DNA of 29,584 nt from the IMG/VR virus record IMGVR_UViG_3300046003_004709, positions 1 through 29,584 of that record. The stretch is one strand, 5' to 3'. Position 1 is the first letter of the stretch. Every line of letters starts with the position of its first letter. The stretch is from a virus. Lineage: Duplodnaviria > Caudoviricetes. Below the pieces are notes generated by a model. That model was given only the letters and a program-made list of their open reading frames with translations. It was not told the origin of the DNA and searched no databases. The position numbers were made by a program, and so were the translations under genes. Shown here one piece after another: positions 1-8,700 of this stretch.

Positions 1-1
1 G

Positions 2-952
2 AAAATTAATGCCCTTCCAACTTTAATTACTGGCACAAATAACTATTGGCTTTTACCAGTTACCTTAGTTTCTTCTGGAGGTACCGGGACAACTAACTTT
101 GCAAACAACCATAATTTGATTGTTGCTTTGTTGCTGCAAGGTAATAAAGGCGACCAAGGCGATTCTGCTTACCAAGTAGCGGTGAATAATGGTTTTGTTG
201 GAACTGAGGCGCAGTGGCTTTTATCTTTAGAAGGTGCAAATGGAACCAACGGAACCAACGGAACCAACGGAACCAACGGCACAAATGGAACCAATGGAAA
301 TACTATCCTTTACGGGTCAGTTGCGCCAACAACTGAGGGAGTAAATGGTGATTTTTTTATAAATACTGTTACCAATTTCATTTATGGTCCAAAGGCTAGC
401 GGTGTTTGGCCTTCAGGTATTTCTCTAGTTGGACCGCAAGGGCCGATTGGACCCCAAGGACCGACAGGAGCTTTTAGTCCTCTAGGGCTTAAATACTTCA
501 AGAATACTACAACTGTTACCCATACCGGTACGCTTGCAAATACTATTTTGGCTTCCATTTTAATTCCTGCCAATACCTTTGCGGAATCAAATTCATTTGA
601 GGTGCTTATTAGAATGCAAACGGCCGCTGCAGTTGTAGCTAATGTATTTATAAGGGGTTATTTTAATACCAGCAATTCCCTTAGTGGTGCTATTCTGTTT
701 ATGAATACGGCAATGCTTCCAGGTGCAATTATGTCATTAGGTCAGAGAAACGTAATTGTAAAATCCAGTTCTAGTACGATTGTTTTTTCAGTGGCTACAA
801 CTGTTCAATCAGACATCTCTACTAATGCCAGCGCACAGGCTAACTTAAATATTAATTGGGCAGTGGATCAATACTTAATAGTTGCGGTAACATTAGGGGC
901 AGTCGGGCAAAGCATTAACCATTTAGCGACATTAGTCACTCCAGTAGCATGA
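2..952 (+). CDS. Collagen-like phage fibre protein, 5'-truncated by the window edge
   Basis: Frame is open from base 2 (KINALPTLITGTNNYWLLPVTLVSSGG...), so the listed TTG at 116 is not the real start. Contains SAYQVAVNNGFVGTEAQWL motif, (GTN)n and GPQGPIGPQGPTG Gly-X-Y repeats, a fibre-type 'APTTEGVNGDFFINT...YGPK..GVW' repeat and a beta-rich C-terminus. Confidence 0.75.
   Translation, partial: KINALPTLITGTNNYWLLPVTLVSSGGTGTTNFANNHNLIVALLLQGNKGDQGDSAYQVAVNNGFVGTEAQWLLSLEGANGTNGTNGTNGTNGTNGTNGNTILYGSVAPTTEGVNGDFFINTVTNFIYGPKASGVWPSGISLVGPQGPIGPQGPTGAFSPLGLKYFKNTTTVTHTGTLANTILASILIPANTFAESNSFEVLIRMQTAAAVVANVFIRGYFNTSNSLSGAILFMNTAMLPGAIMSLGQRNVIVKSSSSTIVFSVATTVQSDISTNASAQANLNINWAVDQYLIVAVTLGAVGQSINHLATLVTPVA
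242..295 (+). repeat. 9-bp tandem repeat GGAACCAAC (4 perfect + 2 degenerate copies) encoding (GTN)6
   Basis: Read directly from the sequence; in frame within the collagen-like gene. Confidence 0.95.
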
Positions 953-1179
953 TAAATTTAATTTATAATTCAGAAATATTAACTTTTGAAAATGCCAATT
1001 ACAGTATTATTGGCTATCAAAATATTGGTAATGAGGGGATTCATTTGTTCATTTTAAATGAAACCAACTCAATGGTCATTTATTTAAGTGTTGAAACTAC
1101 AACCGTAAATGATGATACTTTTGAAACATTAAACGAACTACTGACTGCTTTAGGAAATCCAATTGAAATCCCAATTTAA
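949..1179 (+). CDS. Hypothetical protein (76 aa), possible fibre partner or chaperone
   Basis: ATGA overlap with the fibre gene stop suggests translational coupling. Function inferred from position only. Confidence 0.6.
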   Translation: MINLIYNSEILTFENANYSIIGYQNIGNEGIHLFILNETNSMVIYLSVETTTVNDDTFETLNELLTALGNPIEIPI

Positions 1180-1198
1180 TCTAGTAAAACATTTTAAA

Positions 1199-1663
1199 AT
1201 GAAAAACGGACCGCTTAAAAAGATATGTTCTGAAATCGAAAGACTTTTGAAAATCAAAGTTTTAAATTATGGGGAAAGTCATGAGGTTATAACAGAAAAC
1301 CAAGGCTTTAATTTTAGATCAATTGATTCAGAAAGACCTTGCTCAGTTGATGACAATTACGATTTAGTCATATTCTTTGTCAGGGAGAATTCAAGTCTTA
1401 ACGATGACGAAGGAAGGGGCTTAAAACAAAAGCTTTCCAGAACTGTTAATTTCAAATTGATCGCCAATTCCAAAACGGCCTCAAATGATTACAACCTGAA
1501 TTTTATCCTTAATAACATCAAAGAAGTTCAATTAGGCGATACCAGCAATGATGCTAAATCAATTGCACAAACTTACTTTGGAATAGATCAATTCAATTTT
1601 GAAACGTATTTCGTTACGATTGATTTTTCTATTGTGGAATTGGTTGATTGTTTGGATTGTTAG
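1199..1663 (+). CDS. Hypothetical protein, probable virion (neck/tail-completion) protein
   Basis: ATG at 1199 has an A-rich context and is preferred over TTG 1163. Acidic, about 154 aa, in a structural-gene neighbourhood. Confidence 0.5.
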   Translation: MKNGPLKKICSEIERLLKIKVLNYGESHEVITENQGFNFRSIDSERPCSVDDNYDLVIFFVRENSSLNDDEGRGLKQKLSRTVNFKLIANSKTASNDYNLNFILNNIKEVQLGDTSNDAKSIAQTYFGIDQFNFETYFVTIDFSIVELVDCLDC

Positions 1664-2294
1664 CCTTTGGATATGGAAATATTTGATATTTCAATTTTCC
1701 TAAAAGTTCTTTTTTCCTTTTTTGGCTGCAATTAAAATAGATATATCGGTGTTTTCTAGGTCGTTCAACTAAGCTAAATTTATCTCCGTACTTTTCTCTT
1801 ATTTCAATTGCAGTGTATTTATCTGCAATGGTTTGGCAGTGCTTATCTATTCCTTTAATAGTCCAATTTGTCCTTTTTGCAGAAAGCCCTGTATAAAGCC
1901 AATTTGTGGCCTGATAAACAATTCCTAAATGGCCTTGCTGAATTTCTGCATAACTTACAATTATTTGCTTATCAACTTTTCCGATTGTATTCCCAATTAA
2001 ATAGCTTTCTGTATTCTTTGGCGTTCCATCTTTTATCCAAAGTCTTGTAAGTTCAATTACATTTTCTTTTTCATCTAAACCACAAATTCCGCCCCGTAAT
2101 GGTGCTGAAGATGGAGTTCCATAAATAACAACTCCAATGATATCTTTTGATTGTTTACAAAATAACCCAAAGGCAAAAGAACAAGGGGATTGCCTATGCA
2201 AATAATGGTTTTTAATAACTATTTCCATTGCTAGTTTATAGCCTATTTTTTCAATATAATAAAGCTGCTTTGGACTTGTTTCTTTTAAATTCAT
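1629..2294 (-). CDS. mom: Mom-like (GNAT-fold) DNA adenine modification protein
   Basis: Motifs HYLH, IGVVIYG.P, ELTRLW, KNTESYLI, VSYAE..QGHLGIVYQATNWLYTG and KHRYIYF typical of Mom-family proteins. Confidence 0.8.
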   Translation of the reverse strand: MNLKETSPKQLYYIEKIGYKLAMEIVIKNHYLHRQSPCSFAFGLFCKQSKDIIGVVIYGTPSSAPLRGGICGLDEKENVIELTRLWIKDGTPKNTESYLIGNTIGKVDKQIIVSYAEIQQGHLGIVYQATNWLYTGLSAKRTNWTIKGIDKHCQTIADKYTAIEIREKYGDKFSLVERPRKHRYIYFNCSQKRKKELLGKLKYQIFPYPKANNPNNQPIPQ

Positions 2295-2367
2295 GTTGCA
2301 AGTTTAGCAAATAAAAACCAATATTTTAAATATTTCTTTTTTCCGTACTTTTACAAAAAATATTAAA

Positions 2368-3411
2368 ATGAATCCTCTTTTAGATTACGTTGGAATTCGA
2401 AGCTGTGGTGTAACTCCTGAATCTGGAATATTTATAAACCAGTTCCCGGGAATGAGTACGGAGTTGATGGACAAAATAGCCAGTCAGGATCAAATCACTT
2501 TTAAGCAAGTTTGGAACGACATACAAGAATCTGCTTACCTCCGATTTAAAACAGTTGTTCAGGATGCTTTGGTAAAATCAGGATCCGCAAGGTTTGATCA
2601 GGTTCTTTACCAGACACAAAAACCTTTTGTGCAACAATGGGCAGAAATAGAAGGCCAACCTGCTGAGGAAATTTATAGAGGCTGTATTGCTTCAATTGCC
2701 GGATCTCGCTATTTGGGCTTAAAAATCAAAAACATTTTGGTTTATAATTCTGGTGAAAGCGATGTTCCTTATGTCGATATTCGATTGGTTCAAACTCAGG
2801 ATGGTAAAATCTTAAAACAATTGACCGAAACAATTAAACCTGGAATGAATCGGATTTCAATAAACGAAACCTTTTTTTCTGAATTTGATAAAATCAATAT
2901 TGCCTTATTGGTTGATTGCACCAATTTACCAACTTTAAATGGTTCATTTATGGATTATGGCTTTTTTGGATTTGGTGATTTAATGGACTTTTGCCCAGGT
3001 CAGTTTTCCAATTGGGTTTTGTCTGGTTATTCAATATTTCCATTAACCGCACCATTAAATTACGTTAAAGGAAACGGTTGGAATAATGATAGCAGTCAAT
3101 CAGGGGTTTATTGGGATGCTGAATTAATCGCTTCTTTAGATGCTTTTATTGCCACTCAAAAAGAAGATTTGCTGGATTCCTGGACGAATTTACTTTGCAA
3201 ACAAACTTTGTGGTCTAAGCTTTCATCAAATCGGGTTAATTGGTTTACTCAAAGTAATCAGGAAATTACCAATGCAAACATGGCAACTTTTGAAAGTCAA
3301 TTTATTGATGCTATTAAGATTTGGGCTAATCAATTGAACCTACAAGGCGAGGGTTTGGCGTTCAATTATTCTGATGCAGCCGTTGTTCAGAATCGGGGAA
3401 TTAGGCCATAA
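2368..3411 (+). CDS. Hypothetical protein, probable virion structural (head-tail connector-like) protein
   Basis: 347-aa ORF with A-rich start, followed by a terminator. Structural role is inference. Confidence 0.5.
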   Translation: MNPLLDYVGIRSCGVTPESGIFINQFPGMSTELMDKIASQDQITFKQVWNDIQESAYLRFKTVVQDALVKSGSARFDQVLYQTQKPFVQQWAEIEGQPAEEIYRGCIASIAGSRYLGLKIKNILVYNSGESDVPYVDIRLVQTQDGKILKQLTETIKPGMNRISINETFFSEFDKINIALLVDCTNLPTLNGSFMDYGFFGFGDLMDFCPGQFSNWVLSGYSIFPLTAPLNYVKGNGWNNDSSQSGVYWDAELIASLDAFIATQKEDLLDSWTNLLCKQTLWSKLSSNRVNWFTQSNQEITNANMATFESQFIDAIKIWANQLNLQGEGLAFNYSDAAVVQNRGIRP

Positions 3412-3438
3412 ACTTAATTCCATCGAATTCTAGGGAAT

Positions 3439-3471
3439 AAAAAAACCAGACTTAAAATAAATCTGGCTTTT
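3439..3471. terminator. Bidirectional intrinsic terminator
   Basis: A-run + CCAGA...TCTGG stem + T-run between convergent genes. Confidence 0.75.
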
Positions 3472-3507
3472 AAATCTTTAACCCTTTCTATTTATGAAAA
3501 ACTACTT

Positions 3508-4173
3508 TTATTCTTCAATGACCTGCCATTCCGCTTTTGGGTTCCAAGCGTGATACATAACTCGTTCTGCCTTAATTTTCGGAATGGGTTGATCATTTAA
3601 TTCTGTGTAATGGATTGCAAAAAGATTATTATTTACCTGATTAAAGATAACAATATACCCATATTTTTCAAAAAGGTGCATCCCTGCTGCAAATGAAAAG
3701 CCATATTTATTGGTTCCATCCCATGTATATCCATCCTCATACTTTAATTTCAATTTAACATCAATGGCCAATGTTGCATTAAATTCAGCAACAATTAACC
3801 GGAATTTGAAAGCCTTTAAAAGTTCTTCAAGTATGTCGTAATCGAAGGAATCAATATCAATATTCAGAAAGTCAAATTCTGTTTCTTTTGTTTCTGATTG
3901 AACAAGACTTACAATATTGTCAGGCTTCACAAATGCCTGTATAATACCAGGTGAATGTGCATTCATGTCAAACCCTATTCCAGACCATCCAGCCTCTTGT
4001 AGAGTCCGTGTGTTGCTGATTGTACCACCATATCCACCTGCACCGACATCAAGATACCTTCTTTTTCCTGGTCCGATATTTTTGAAGATGAAATCGATGT
4101 ATGTCTCTTCACCAAATTGAGAATGCCCGGTTACTGGGATTATTTTTTTTAGTTCTTTGATCCAGTTTTTCAT
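3508..4173 (-). CDS. FkbM-like SAM-dependent methyltransferase
   Basis: SQFGEE, YLDVGAG (motif I), GWSGIGFD, FDFLNIDIDSFDYDI and IVAEFN motifs. Confidence 0.8.
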   Translation of the reverse strand: MKNWIKELKKIIPVTGHSQFGEETYIDFIFKNIGPGKRRYLDVGAGGYGGTISNTRTLQEAGWSGIGFDMNAHSPGIIQAFVKPDNIVSLVQSETKETEFDFLNIDIDSFDYDILEELLKAFKFRLIVAEFNATLAIDVKLKLKYEDGYTWDGTNKYGFSFAAGMHLFEKYGYIVIFNQVNNNLFAIHYTELNDQPIPKIKAERVMYHAWNPKAEWQVIEE

Positions 4174-5096
4174 GCGTTAATTAACGGTAAAAGTTGTATT
4201 TCGATTCGGTATTTCCAAGTGTATTTTGATTCACAAAGTTGGTTCCCATTATTTGCAATTAATTGCCTGATTGGTTGGGCTTCGTAGGAAAGGTAAATAT
4301 CAATCAGTTTTGTGAGTTCTTCAAGATTTGACCAGTAAACCAAATCGGAATCATTTGTAAACTCTTCTTCAATTTCCTGAAATTTATGAGAAAGACAAAA
4401 AGCACCAGATCCAAGTATTCGGAAAAGCCGATCACTTGAATATCTTTTTAAATCAAAATGTGAAAGGTTAATTGCAATTTTACAATTTCTATAAATGCCA
4501 GCCTCGGTATTTTGATCTAGCCATTTCGACCCTTTCCAGCCATTGCCATAAACTCCGAAACGAGAACCATATTTGTTTTGAAGAAGTTCAACCATTTCAA
4601 TACGTAATCCAGAAAGCGGAAACATACCAGGGTAGTTGTTACCCATAAAAACTATTTCCGGTCCTGCAATCTTTGGACCTGTTGTATTATAAAATTCTTC
4701 ATTATATCCAATCTGAAAATATTCAGATTTAAAACCCAAAGACTTGAACAAGTCAGAATCCGTTTTATTTGAAAATAGAGTTGTGACGTATGGTGCAAGT
4801 TCATGATACCATCTTGGAATTGGTTGTCTTACATCTCCAGTAAAGTTGAAAATCTTTATTCCTTTTTTAGAAATCGTTCTAATCTGAGACAGGGAAAGTA
4901 CTTTATCTGATTGAATTTGTAGAAACAAAACATCAAATTTTGTTCGCATCAATGCATTTTGAATTACTTGAACTAATCGCCCCTTATGCGAAGGAAAGTT
5001 ATATTCCTCGTAATGGGTCGAAATCCCACGAAGAGCGTTTCTAAGGCTCGTCTGTGGCTCGTGATTGTCAAACAGACCGATATGTAGGATTTTCAT
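4170..5096 (-). CDS. Glycosyltransferase, GT-B fold (CgeB / Glyco_trans_1_2-like)
   Basis: IVFMGN, R.EMVE.L, YRNCKIAINLS, SDRLFRILGSGAFCLS and 'IANNGNQL...YTW..R' C-terminal pattern. Confidence 0.8.
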   Translation of the reverse strand: MKILHIGLFDNHEPQTSLRNALRGISTHYEEYNFPSHKGRLVQVIQNALMRTKFDVLFLQIQSDKVLSLSQIRTISKKGIKIFNFTGDVRQPIPRWYHELAPYVTTLFSNKTDSDLFKSLGFKSEYFQIGYNEEFYNTTGPKIAGPEIVFMGNNYPGMFPLSGLRIEMVELLQNKYGSRFGVYGNGWKGSKWLDQNTEAGIYRNCKIAINLSHFDLKRYSSDRLFRILGSGAFCLSHKFQEIEEEFTNDSDLVYWSNLEELTKLIDIYLSYEAQPIRQLIANNGNQLCESKYTWKYRIEIQLLPLINA

Positions 5097-5637
5097 TTAG
5101 GTAATGGGGTTTAATTAAAAGATAGGGTTTTGAAACAACCGTCCTGTGGTCATAGTTTCGGATATTTGATGAGTGCAAATGTATGGCTTTAATTGATTTG
5201 GAAGGATTCAAAACAGTATAACCAGACCTTGAAATCCTTTCAGCGATTGCATTGTCACAACCTGGAATACCAAGACCAAAATTACAATCTGGTATTGGTT
5301 TTATTTTGCCCCTAAATACCCAAGCATCCTGTGAATCTTCACGGTCATAAAGTGTATTTCCATCCCATCTTGAAAGTGCATAGACCTCATTTTCCTTAAT
5401 CATTTCAAAATGATCGAGGCTTTCAAAGTAGATATCAGAATTTGCAATTATTGAAATATCCGATTCTTCAGCCAAAAGATTAACTTTTGAAAAAAAGTCA
5501 GCAAAAGAAAGTCTGGACTGAAATGATATGACATTATCCGCACCAAAAACATTTTGATTAAAGGAAAAACACTTTTCCAACTCTTTATTTCGGGCAATGT
5601 GTTTGTCCTTATATTTATTTATAAACAACCTGATCAT
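5068..5637 (-). CDS. Putative GT-A fold glycosyltransferase
   Basis: IIANSDIYF (DxD-like), ALSRWD, SQDAWVF, LGIPGCDN and IHLH motifs; lies between a GT and a methyltransferase. Confidence 0.6.
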   Translation of the reverse strand: MIRLFINKYKDKHIARNKELEKCFSFNQNVFGADNVISFQSRLSFADFFSKVNLLAEESDISIIANSDIYFESLDHFEMIKENEVYALSRWDGNTLYDREDSQDAWVFRGKIKPIPDCNFGLGIPGCDNAIAERISRSGYTVLNPSKSIKAIHLHSSNIRNYDHRTVVSKPYLLIKPHYLNENPTYRSV

Positions 5638-6224
5638 ACCACAGGACTCAAATAAATAACCCCTCTTTTAGCACCTGCACTTTGAGCAAATGTGTTGTAT
5701 TCAGCGTTGAATATTCCAATTGTAGAAACAAGTGGTAAAATCCATTCATATTCAAACCTTTGTCCGTGAATCGAATCAAATCCAAGTCTTTCATCCCCGG
5801 TGTAAAAGTCATGTATGGAAATGACTGGTATTACTTCGCTTTTGCCGATTTGATCCAGTTCTGCAATCAATGGGCAATTGTTACCCCAATGAGCATCCAA
5901 AAAGAAACCAACATTATCTTTACCTAATTTCTGCAAAACATCAGAAAGAAGTTTTGAGGAATCTCCCAAAAGGAATGTAACATTATCTAAACCTTGCTTT
6001 TTGCAGCGTTCAATGGCAATCAATTGATATTCCAGATTAGCCTCAATTGTTACTACATTTTCAAAGTTTTTAGCAAAAAAAATAGTTGATGATCCTAAAC
6101 AAGTTCCAGTTTCGACAATTGTTTTTATTTTAAATTTATCACGAAGGGCTAAAAACTTTTTTTCAATAAAATGGTCACCATTAAACGGTTCCATTTGAAA
6201 TGGCATTAGGTGTGGAATTTTCAT
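5634..6224 (-). CDS. Class I SAM-dependent methyltransferase
   Basis: IVETGTCLGSS (motif I), VVTIE, GDSSKLL, FFLDAHW and ISIHDF motifs. Confidence 0.8.
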   Translation of the reverse strand: MKIPHLMPFQMEPFNGDHFIEKKFLALRDKFKIKTIVETGTCLGSSTIFFAKNFENVVTIEANLEYQLIAIERCKKQGLDNVTFLLGDSSKLLSDVLQKLGKDNVGFFLDAHWGNNCPLIAELDQIGKSEVIPVISIHDFYTGDERLGFDSIHGQRFEYEWILPLVSTIGIFNAEYNTFAQSAGAKRGVIYLSPVV

Positions 6225-6262
6225 ATAGGGTATTCTATGCCTTTAAAATTAATTGTTTTCAT
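6221..6262 (-). CDS. 13-aa mini-ORF MKTINFKGIEYPI heading the GT/MTase cassette
   Basis: ATG 5 nt after an AATATTTG -7-like box (6268-6275); stop overlaps the methyltransferase start (ATGA). Confidence 0.4.
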   Translation of the reverse strand: MKTINFKGIEYPI

Positions 6263-6314
6263 CGTTGCAAATATTGTTAATAAAATTTATTTGACTATTT
6301 TAATATTTTTGTCT

Positions 6315-6539
6315 TCATCTGCTTTTCAAATAAGATTTAACAAGTTGCTCAATTGAAGCCCCTAACAACCGTTCGCCATTTTCCCGAAAATAAAGAAAAA
6401 ACCTATTGAGCTCCTTTTCAAGTTCTTCTTGTTGCATTTCTTTGGCTTGCTGATATGCAACTGTATTTTTAATGTCGTGAAAAACGTGATGATTTTCAAG
6501 TTCATTAACTAACCATTCTACTGCTGTTTGTTTTTTCAT
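6315..6539 (-). CDS. Small phage hypothetical protein (QTAVEWL...QQAKEM type)
   Basis: 74 aa, co-oriented with the replication operon; N-terminal motif resembles small proteins I associate with Bacteroidota phages. Confidence 0.6.
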   Translation of the reverse strand: MKKQTAVEWLVNELENHHVFHDIKNTVAYQQAKEMQQEELEKELNRFFLYFRENGERLLGASIEQLVKSYLKSR

Positions 6540-6546
6540 ATTGTTT

Positions 6547-6678
6547 CTAATCTAAAATTTCAAGTATAATTTCTGCAAAAGCAACTACATCTCTATTCCT
6601 TAAATCACCTGACTTTTGGAGTTTAATAAAAGCCAAAATAAAAGGCTTTAAATCATTTATTTGCTCGTCTGTTATCAT
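6547..6678 (-). CDS. Hypothetical 43-aa protein missing from the ORF track (MITDEQINDLKPFILAFIKLQKSGDLRNRDVVAFAEIILEILD)
   Basis: ATGA overlap with the dnaB stop; fills the gap to the next gene. Confidence 0.65.
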   Translation of the reverse strand: MITDEQINDLKPFILAFIKLQKSGDLRNRDVVAFAEIILEILD

Positions 6679-8009
6679 AAAAAACCTTTTTGTGAATAAT
6701 CACTAAACTTCATTAATGGACCATTGAACTTGACTGGAAAAGTACTTGTATCCCCATCCCGAAACTTTGCAATATCAACAATGCAAAGATTTTCAACAGG
6801 AAAAGATTCGTTATCAAAATCAACTGATTCAGTCATTTTGTAATACTCAGGACGCATTAAGAAAATCACCATGTTTGCATCTTGCTCAATTGATCCTGAT
6901 TCCCTTAAATCTGCCAATTGAGGCATTTTAGAAGGCCGTGATTCAACTGCTCTGGACAATTGCGATAAGGCAATGATAGGAATATTTAAGTCCTTTGCCA
7001 ACACCTTCAAGCCTCTGGATATTTCAGCGATTTCACCCTCTCTATTTTGGCCTTTTTTATTTTGCCCCGACATTAATTGCAGGTAATCCACTACTAACAA
7101 TTTTATACCAAACTTCTTTTTCCACATCAAAGCCTTAGAACGTAGTTTTCTTATGTTTAGCCCTGCTTCATCATTAATCTGTAATGGCCAATTCCTGACC
7201 CGATTTGCGGAACTGTAAAGCCTTTCTCTATCGTAGTTGTCTAAGATGTTCCTTTTAATCTTAAAGGCAAATACATCCGAATCCTGGCTAATCATTCTTT
7301 CGATCAATTGCTCACTTGACATTTCAAGACTAAACATTCCAGTTGGAACATTGGCAATTGATAGGTTTCTAAGAATTGATAAAACAAAAGCAGTTTTTCC
7401 TTGCCCGGGTCTGGCAGCAAGAATGATTAAATCCGTATCAACTAAACCGCCTGTCTTTTCATCTACTATCTTAATGCCAGTAGATAGCCCTGCGAGGCCC
7501 GTAGCGTTGTGCTCTTGCCATTTCTGGCTTACAGCATATACAACGGTTTGTATCGTCCTCTCGTCCTCTGTAATGACTTGTTTCATTAGGTTATCCAATC
7601 CATCATGAATTTTTGCTACGGTATCAAAAACGTCATCGGTTTCGGAAATAGAACTATTGATAAGCCTTGCCCCTATTTGGCCAATCTCACGCTTTAAAAA
7701 GTTTTCAAGTAGAATTGATATGTGAACTTCAATATGAGCAGTTGAAGCTACTTTTTGAGAAAGTAGAGAAAGCTTTTTTGCACCTCCGACATTTTTGTAA
7801 TGTCCTAAACTTTTTAATTCATGCGCAATAGTTACAATGTCAATCTTTTTGGAATCTTTTATAAAGTCAAAAAATATTTGTGCAATTATTCTGTGATCCT
7901 CCGATTCAAAAACATTTACAGATTGAATTCTATTAGAAAATTCAATTTGGGCCTCTTTGTCGAGTAAGACTGAACCCAATACTATTTCTTCAATTATTTG
8001 ATTTTCCAC
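6675..8009 (-). CDS. dnaB: Replicative DNA helicase
   Basis: Walker A AARPGQGKT, FSLEMS, VVDYLQL, LSQLSR and DLRESGSIEQDA motifs. Confidence 0.97.
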   Translation of the reverse strand: MENQIIEEIVLGSVLLDKEAQIEFSNRIQSVNVFESEDHRIIAQIFFDFIKDSKKIDIVTIAHELKSLGHYKNVGGAKKLSLLSQKVASTAHIEVHISILLENFLKREIGQIGARLINSSISETDDVFDTVAKIHDGLDNLMKQVITEDERTIQTVVYAVSQKWQEHNATGLAGLSTGIKIVDEKTGGLVDTDLIILAARPGQGKTAFVLSILRNLSIANVPTGMFSLEMSSEQLIERMISQDSDVFAFKIKRNILDNYDRERLYSSANRVRNWPLQINDEAGLNIRKLRSKALMWKKKFGIKLLVVDYLQLMSGQNKKGQNREGEIAEISRGLKVLAKDLNIPIIALSQLSRAVESRPSKMPQLADLRESGSIEQDANMVIFLMRPEYYKMTESVDFDNESFPVENLCIVDIAKFRDGDTSTFPVKFNGPLMKFSDYSQKGFL

Positions 8010-8700
8010 CTTTAAAAGTTAATTTGGTTGATGTATCTTTATTTTCAAATTTGTTAAATTCAGGTTTTGGTTTAAAAATACCTGCCCAATTATTTGCCAT
8101 ACTTTGTTCAATAATGTTTTCAGCATTTTCAAATTTGTTTTCTGAATATTTGGTAAGGATTTTTACAAAGGCATTTAAGCTAGCCTGAGATTTATAATTT
8201 TCCTTTCTGGAATTTTTATACTCAATCCATTTTTGAACTAAGGGAATAAATATACCAAATTCAGAAAAATCAAAACCCTGTATTGTTTTAGGTTTATTGT
8301 TTAAGGTTGTATGTTTATCTATACTACTATTGCTTTCCCCTATGCCTAAGGTTTGCTTTCCCCTATGCCCAAGTATTGCTTTCTCTAATGCTTTCCCCTT
8401 TTTTGGTATAGCACTTTTAAGAGTTATAATATTTGCAGTATATTGATTTTTTGATTTTTGAACCATTCCAATAAAGCCCCAAGCAACTAAATCATTAAAA
8501 TATCTTATAAAAGTTTCATGCTTTTTTATACCTAATGCATCCATTGCCATTTGACTTGGAAGGCCAAATTTATCCTTCCATCCAAGCCGATTGCATTGGT
8601 CAATTACATAAAAATAAATTGCAGTATGGTTTGGATTAACTAGTTCAGGGTTTTCAAAGGACCAATCAAACCAGTTACGGCTTAACTCATATCCATTCAT
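7990..8700 (-). CDS. Phage replication initiator (winged-helix N-terminus, lambda O-like organisation)
   Basis: Directly upstream of and overlapping dnaB; central low-complexity linker with iteron-like repeats; C-terminal WIEYK...SMANNWAGIF. Confidence 0.75.
   Translation of the reverse strand: MNGYELSRNWFDWSFENPELVNPNHTAIYFYVIDQCNRLGWKDKFGLPSQMAMDALGIKKHETFIRYFNDLVAWGFIGMVQKSKNQYTANIITLKSAIPKKGKALEKAILGHRGKQTLGIGESNSSIDKHTTLNNKPKTIQGFDFSEFGIFIPLVQKWIEYKNSRKENYKSQASLNAFVKILTKYSENKFENAENIIEQSMANNWAGIFKPKPEFNKFENKDTSTKLTFKGGKSNN
8281..8399. repeat. Putative replication origin: iterons plus AT-rich repeats inside the initiator gene
   Basis: TTGCTTTCCCCTATGCC(T/C)AAG at 8330 and 8353, degenerate copies at 8376 and 8389 (first three 23 bp apart); TATTGTTT(T/A)AGGTT x2 at 8281-8308. 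Confidence 0.7.

Noticed and set aside
93-284. Minus-strand ORF with RWF repeats
   Set aside because: Antisense shadow of the (GTN)n repeat in the fibre gene.
242-295. Repeat as a CRISPR array
   Set aside because: Contiguous 9-bp coding units with no spacers and no cas genes.
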